Source: Chamaesiphon sp. (lineage in GTDB: Bacteria; Cyanobacteriota; Cyanobacteriia; Cyanobacteriales; Chamaesiphonaceae). From it: 31,523 bases of DNA. A model generated the notes under the pieces. It did no database searches. It worked only from the letters and a program-made list of their open reading frames with translations, and was not told the DNA's origin. How positions within the stretch are numbered: position 1 is the first letter of the stretch; every line of letters begins with the position of its first letter. This document shows positions 28,313 to 31,523 of this stretch, in pieces. The stretch spans positions 1 through 31,523 of the forward strand of contig CBDFFH010000031.1 in assembly GCA_965246715.1 (NCBI GenBank). Direction: 5' to 3'. A program made the position numbers and the translations under genes.

Positions 28313-30378
28313 CGGTTATTCACAGGCGATTCGCCAGAGGCGAGGCTTTACCAACGAGAAGCTAGAATATGCAGCAAGACAACCGAGATCGTGCAACAGG
28401 TTTCCAAACGACGGTGGAAGGTGGTGTTGCCTATATTGGTACAAACCACATATATCAGTCCTCTCGTCCGCCTAGAGGTATTCCGTTTCAGGCGTTGGCG
28501 TTGCCCAAGGATTATGTCGATCGACCGGAAATTCGGGAGTTGATTAAATCGAAGCTGATCGATCGTTCTGTATCCAGACCTGGAACGCTGGTGGTCAGTG
28601 CGATCTATGGTTTGGGTGGGGTTGGTAAATCGGTGATGGCGGCGGCGTTAGCGCACGATCTGGAAGTGCAAGAGGTTTGTGCGGATGGGGTGCTGTGGGT
28701 AACGCTGGGGCAAAATCCCGATCTCTTACCCTGTTTGTATGGCTGGGTGCAGGCATTGGGCGATTATGACTTTAATCCCACAACTATTGATTCTGCTTCC
28801 TCCCATTTGCGGAGTTTGTTGCGGAATAAAAAAATGCTGTTGGTGGTGGATGATGCTTGGCAGACCAACCATGTGGCACCTTTCCAGGTGGGCGGGGAAG
28901 GCTGTCGGGTATTGGTGACTACCCGTGAAGCTCATGTGCAAGATGCCGATCGGATCGATATGGATGTGATGTCTGAGGCACAGTCGCTGGAATTATTGCT
29001 GAGTAAAGCTCAGGTTAAATCGTTAACGGTTGAAGAGGATCGACAAGCAAGAAAGTTGATTGCGGTAGTTGGTGGCTTGCCGATCGCACTAGATCGGTAA
29101 AAACTTTGCGATCTACTGAGAGTTAATGGCGGCTTTGGTGAAGCATAAGAAGTGGTCGCTTGCTCAAGGGCTAGCTTATTCTCGACAAGCACAATCATCA
29201 GAAAAATGCGCAAAAAATATTCAAGCAATAGCAGCTTATTTAACGCCCAATTTGTTTTCAGAGGCATTAAAGATAGCCTATGAGATCGATCATGAATTTT
29301 GGAAAGCTTTCTCTTTGATGTCATTGGCAATATATCTACCGGAAAATCTGATTCCAGAGATATTAGTTACGGTGTGTGAAATTCAGGATGAATTCTTTCG
29401 ATCCGTCACATTAAATGGACTTGTGTTGTTGCTGCCTGAAAATCTACTGCCGAAGGCATTAGAGATATCACGCGAAATTCAGGGTGAATCCAATCGCGTA
29501 CATGCACTGAGTAGTCTGTTGCCATATTTGCCAACAATTTCTTCAGAAGTTTTGGATACAGCAAGATTGATTCAGGATGACTATAATCGAGCCAAGGCAT
29601 TAATTGATTTATTACCATATCTACCAGCAATTTCTTCAGAAGTTTTGGATACAGCAAGATCGATTCAGGATGACTATGATCGAGCCAATGTGTTAAATAA
29701 GCTTGCAACTAATCTTCCGGAAAAACTCATGTCAGAAGCGATAGAAGTAGTTAAAGAAATTAATATTGAATTACTCCAGGCTTCTGCGTTAAGTGATTTG
29801 GTAATGAATCTTCCAGAGATTTTTATGTCAGACGTGATAGATTTGGCTTTTAGTATTCAGGATGAATCTTGTCGAATCATTGTTATGAGTAGCCTTGCAA
29901 CATATCTACCAGAAAACCTGCTCCCGAAAGCAATAGAACTTGCCAGTAAGTTTCATGATGAGTTTTACCGAACAAAGGCATTAAGTGAATTTGCAGCATA
30001 TCTACCTGAAAGTTTACTGTTAGAGGTATTAAAATCAGCCCGTAAGATTAAGAAGAATTCTTTTCGAGCCGATGTGCTGAATAGACTAGCAAAATATTTA
30101 CCTGAAATAATTCTGGAGACGTTAGAAGTGACTCGAAGGATTCATGATAATTCTGACCGATCTGTTGCCTTGAGTGAATTAGTGCCATATCTGCCTGAAA
30201 ATATGCTGTTGAAAGCGTTAGAATTAGCTCGCGAAATTCATGATGAGTATTACCAAACTAAAGCTCTAGGTGGGCTAATGCTACATTTACCTGAAATAGT
30301 TACAGAAGCGTTAGAATTAGCATCTGAAATTTATGATGAGTGCGATCGAACCAAGGCATTAAGTATTTTAGCTCCTTA

Positions 30379-31393
30379 CAGCACTTTCCTATAATATGCA
30401 GTACAATAACACTACGTAGATAAATTTTTATCGTGAAACCATATTCTGTGGATCTGAGAGAAAAAGTAGTCAACACTTATCAAGCTGGGAATATTTCCAT
30501 AAGAAAGCTGGCTGTTAACTTTGGAGTAGGTAAGGCTTTTGTGCAAAAGATGCTGAAGCAGTATCAAGTGGAAGGACATGTCAATCCAGGTAAACAAGGT
30601 GGAGGCAAGAAAGCGGTACTAGCAGCTTATTCTGCTCAACTGATTGAGTTGGTCGAAAAATATCCAGATGCAACGCTAGCTGAATATTGTGAATATTGGC
30701 GAGAATCTCACAAACAAATAGTAAGTGAGAGTATGATGTGTAGAGCATTACAAATGTTAAATTTAACTCGTAAAAAAAACGGTTCGGAGCAGTCAAGCTG
30801 CGACAGACAGAGTTCAGTTGCTCAGATGTGAGTATAGAGAAAAAGTCAAAGATATCCAGCCCGAAAATATGATATTTCTGGATGAAATGGGCTTGCTGCT
30901 TGGATTAATGCGTTGTCATGCTCGTAGTGAGCGAGGAAGTCGGGTCTATGATTTTAAGCCATTTTATCGGGGTAAAAAAGTCACTGTTATCGGCGCAATC
31001 AGCATGGATAAAGTATTGGCTGTAATGACATTAGATGATTCAATGGATAGTAATGCTTTTTCTGTATTTATTGAAAAGTTGTTGATACCTCAATTATGGG
31101 CAGGTGCCGTTGTGATGATGGACAACCTATCCGCTCATAAGATCGATAAAATTACACCCATGATTGAATCTGTTGGTGCCAAGGTCATCAATCTATCGCC
31201 TTATTCACCAGATTTTAATCCCATTGAACACTGGTGGTCACAACTTAAAGCTTTTATTAGAACATTTTCTCCAAAAACCACTCAAATGGTGGATGTACTG
31301 ATTGCAGTTGCTTTAAATCTAATTAATCCTCTGCATCTACGAAACTGGTTTGCTAACTGCTGCTACTGTACTTCATGACTTAGGAAAGTGCTG
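30379..31393 (+). mobile_element. IS630-family insertion sequence with TA target duplication
   Basis: TIRs CAGCACTTTCCTA / TAGGAAAGTGCTG flanked by TA (30377-30378, 31394-31395). Excision restores GCTCCTTATATGCCTGAAAT, identical to the next host repeat unit. Confidence 0.95.
30433..31378 (+). CDS. IS630 transposase in two frames joined at an A8 run (30772-30779)
   Basis: YSVDLREKVV HTH; IFLDEMG, MDNLSAHK, PYSPDFNPIEHWWSQLK (DDE). Confidence 0.92.
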
Positions 31394-31523
31394 TATATGC
31401 CTGAAATAGTTCCGGAAGCGTTAGAATTAGCATCTGAAATTTATGATGAGTGCGATCGAACCAAGGCATTAAGTGTTTTAGCTCCTTATATGCCTGAAAT
31501 AATTCCGAAAATTTTAAAGGGAA

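Larger units (their letters stand above)
28369..31523 (+). pseudogene. NLR-like STAND protein (amyloid motif, NB-ARC, helical repeats), broken at ~29100 and by IS630; continues beyond the window
   Basis: YVDRPE, Walker A GLGGVGKS, Walker B LLVVDDAW, LVTTR, GGLPIAL then stop. 29126-30378 encodes ~31-35-aa repeats (ALELAREIHDEYYQTKALGGL); these resume at 31394 after the IS. Confidence 0.85.

Noticed and set aside
30290..31490. ~90-bp direct repeat flanking IS630 as a long target duplication
   Set aside because: The copies differ at a few bases and are consecutive host repeat units; the real TSD is TA.

Overview
Cyanobacterial DNA with extremely frequent CGATCG/HIP1-type sites, often overlapping as CGATCGATCG (a Chamaesiphon-like signature; this is an inference). 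Single-base frameshifts, mostly at homopolymers, break even housekeeping genes, so the assembly is probably noisy. Left to right: (1) core genes mnmG (partial), class D beta-lactamase, panD and ppa; (2) a sigma-like protein, DUF1822 protein and membrane-bound CHAT protease on the minus strand; (3) a rearranged toxin-antitoxin region with a 1614-bp-period duplication carrying two DUF4351/Rpn-like genes with swapped C-termini; (4) a secreted cluster of a trypsin protease, three COP23-domain paralogues and a double-trypsin-TPR protein; (5) a spore photoproduct lyase-family radical SAM gene; (6) an IS4 nested in an ISAzo13 remnant; (7) a plasmid-like segment with an SF2 helicase, an origin-like inverted-repeat array, ParA and its partner, and a small helical effector gene next to an NB-ARC/repeat NLR gene. 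The effector C-terminus and NLR N-terminus share a 28-aa motif (17/28 identical), the hallmark of NLR amyloid (prion-like) signalling; the NLR is broken by an apparent deletion and an IS630 insertion. Several tiny mobile elements (MITE-like composites, 23-48 nt inserts) are visible, some with their empty target sites.
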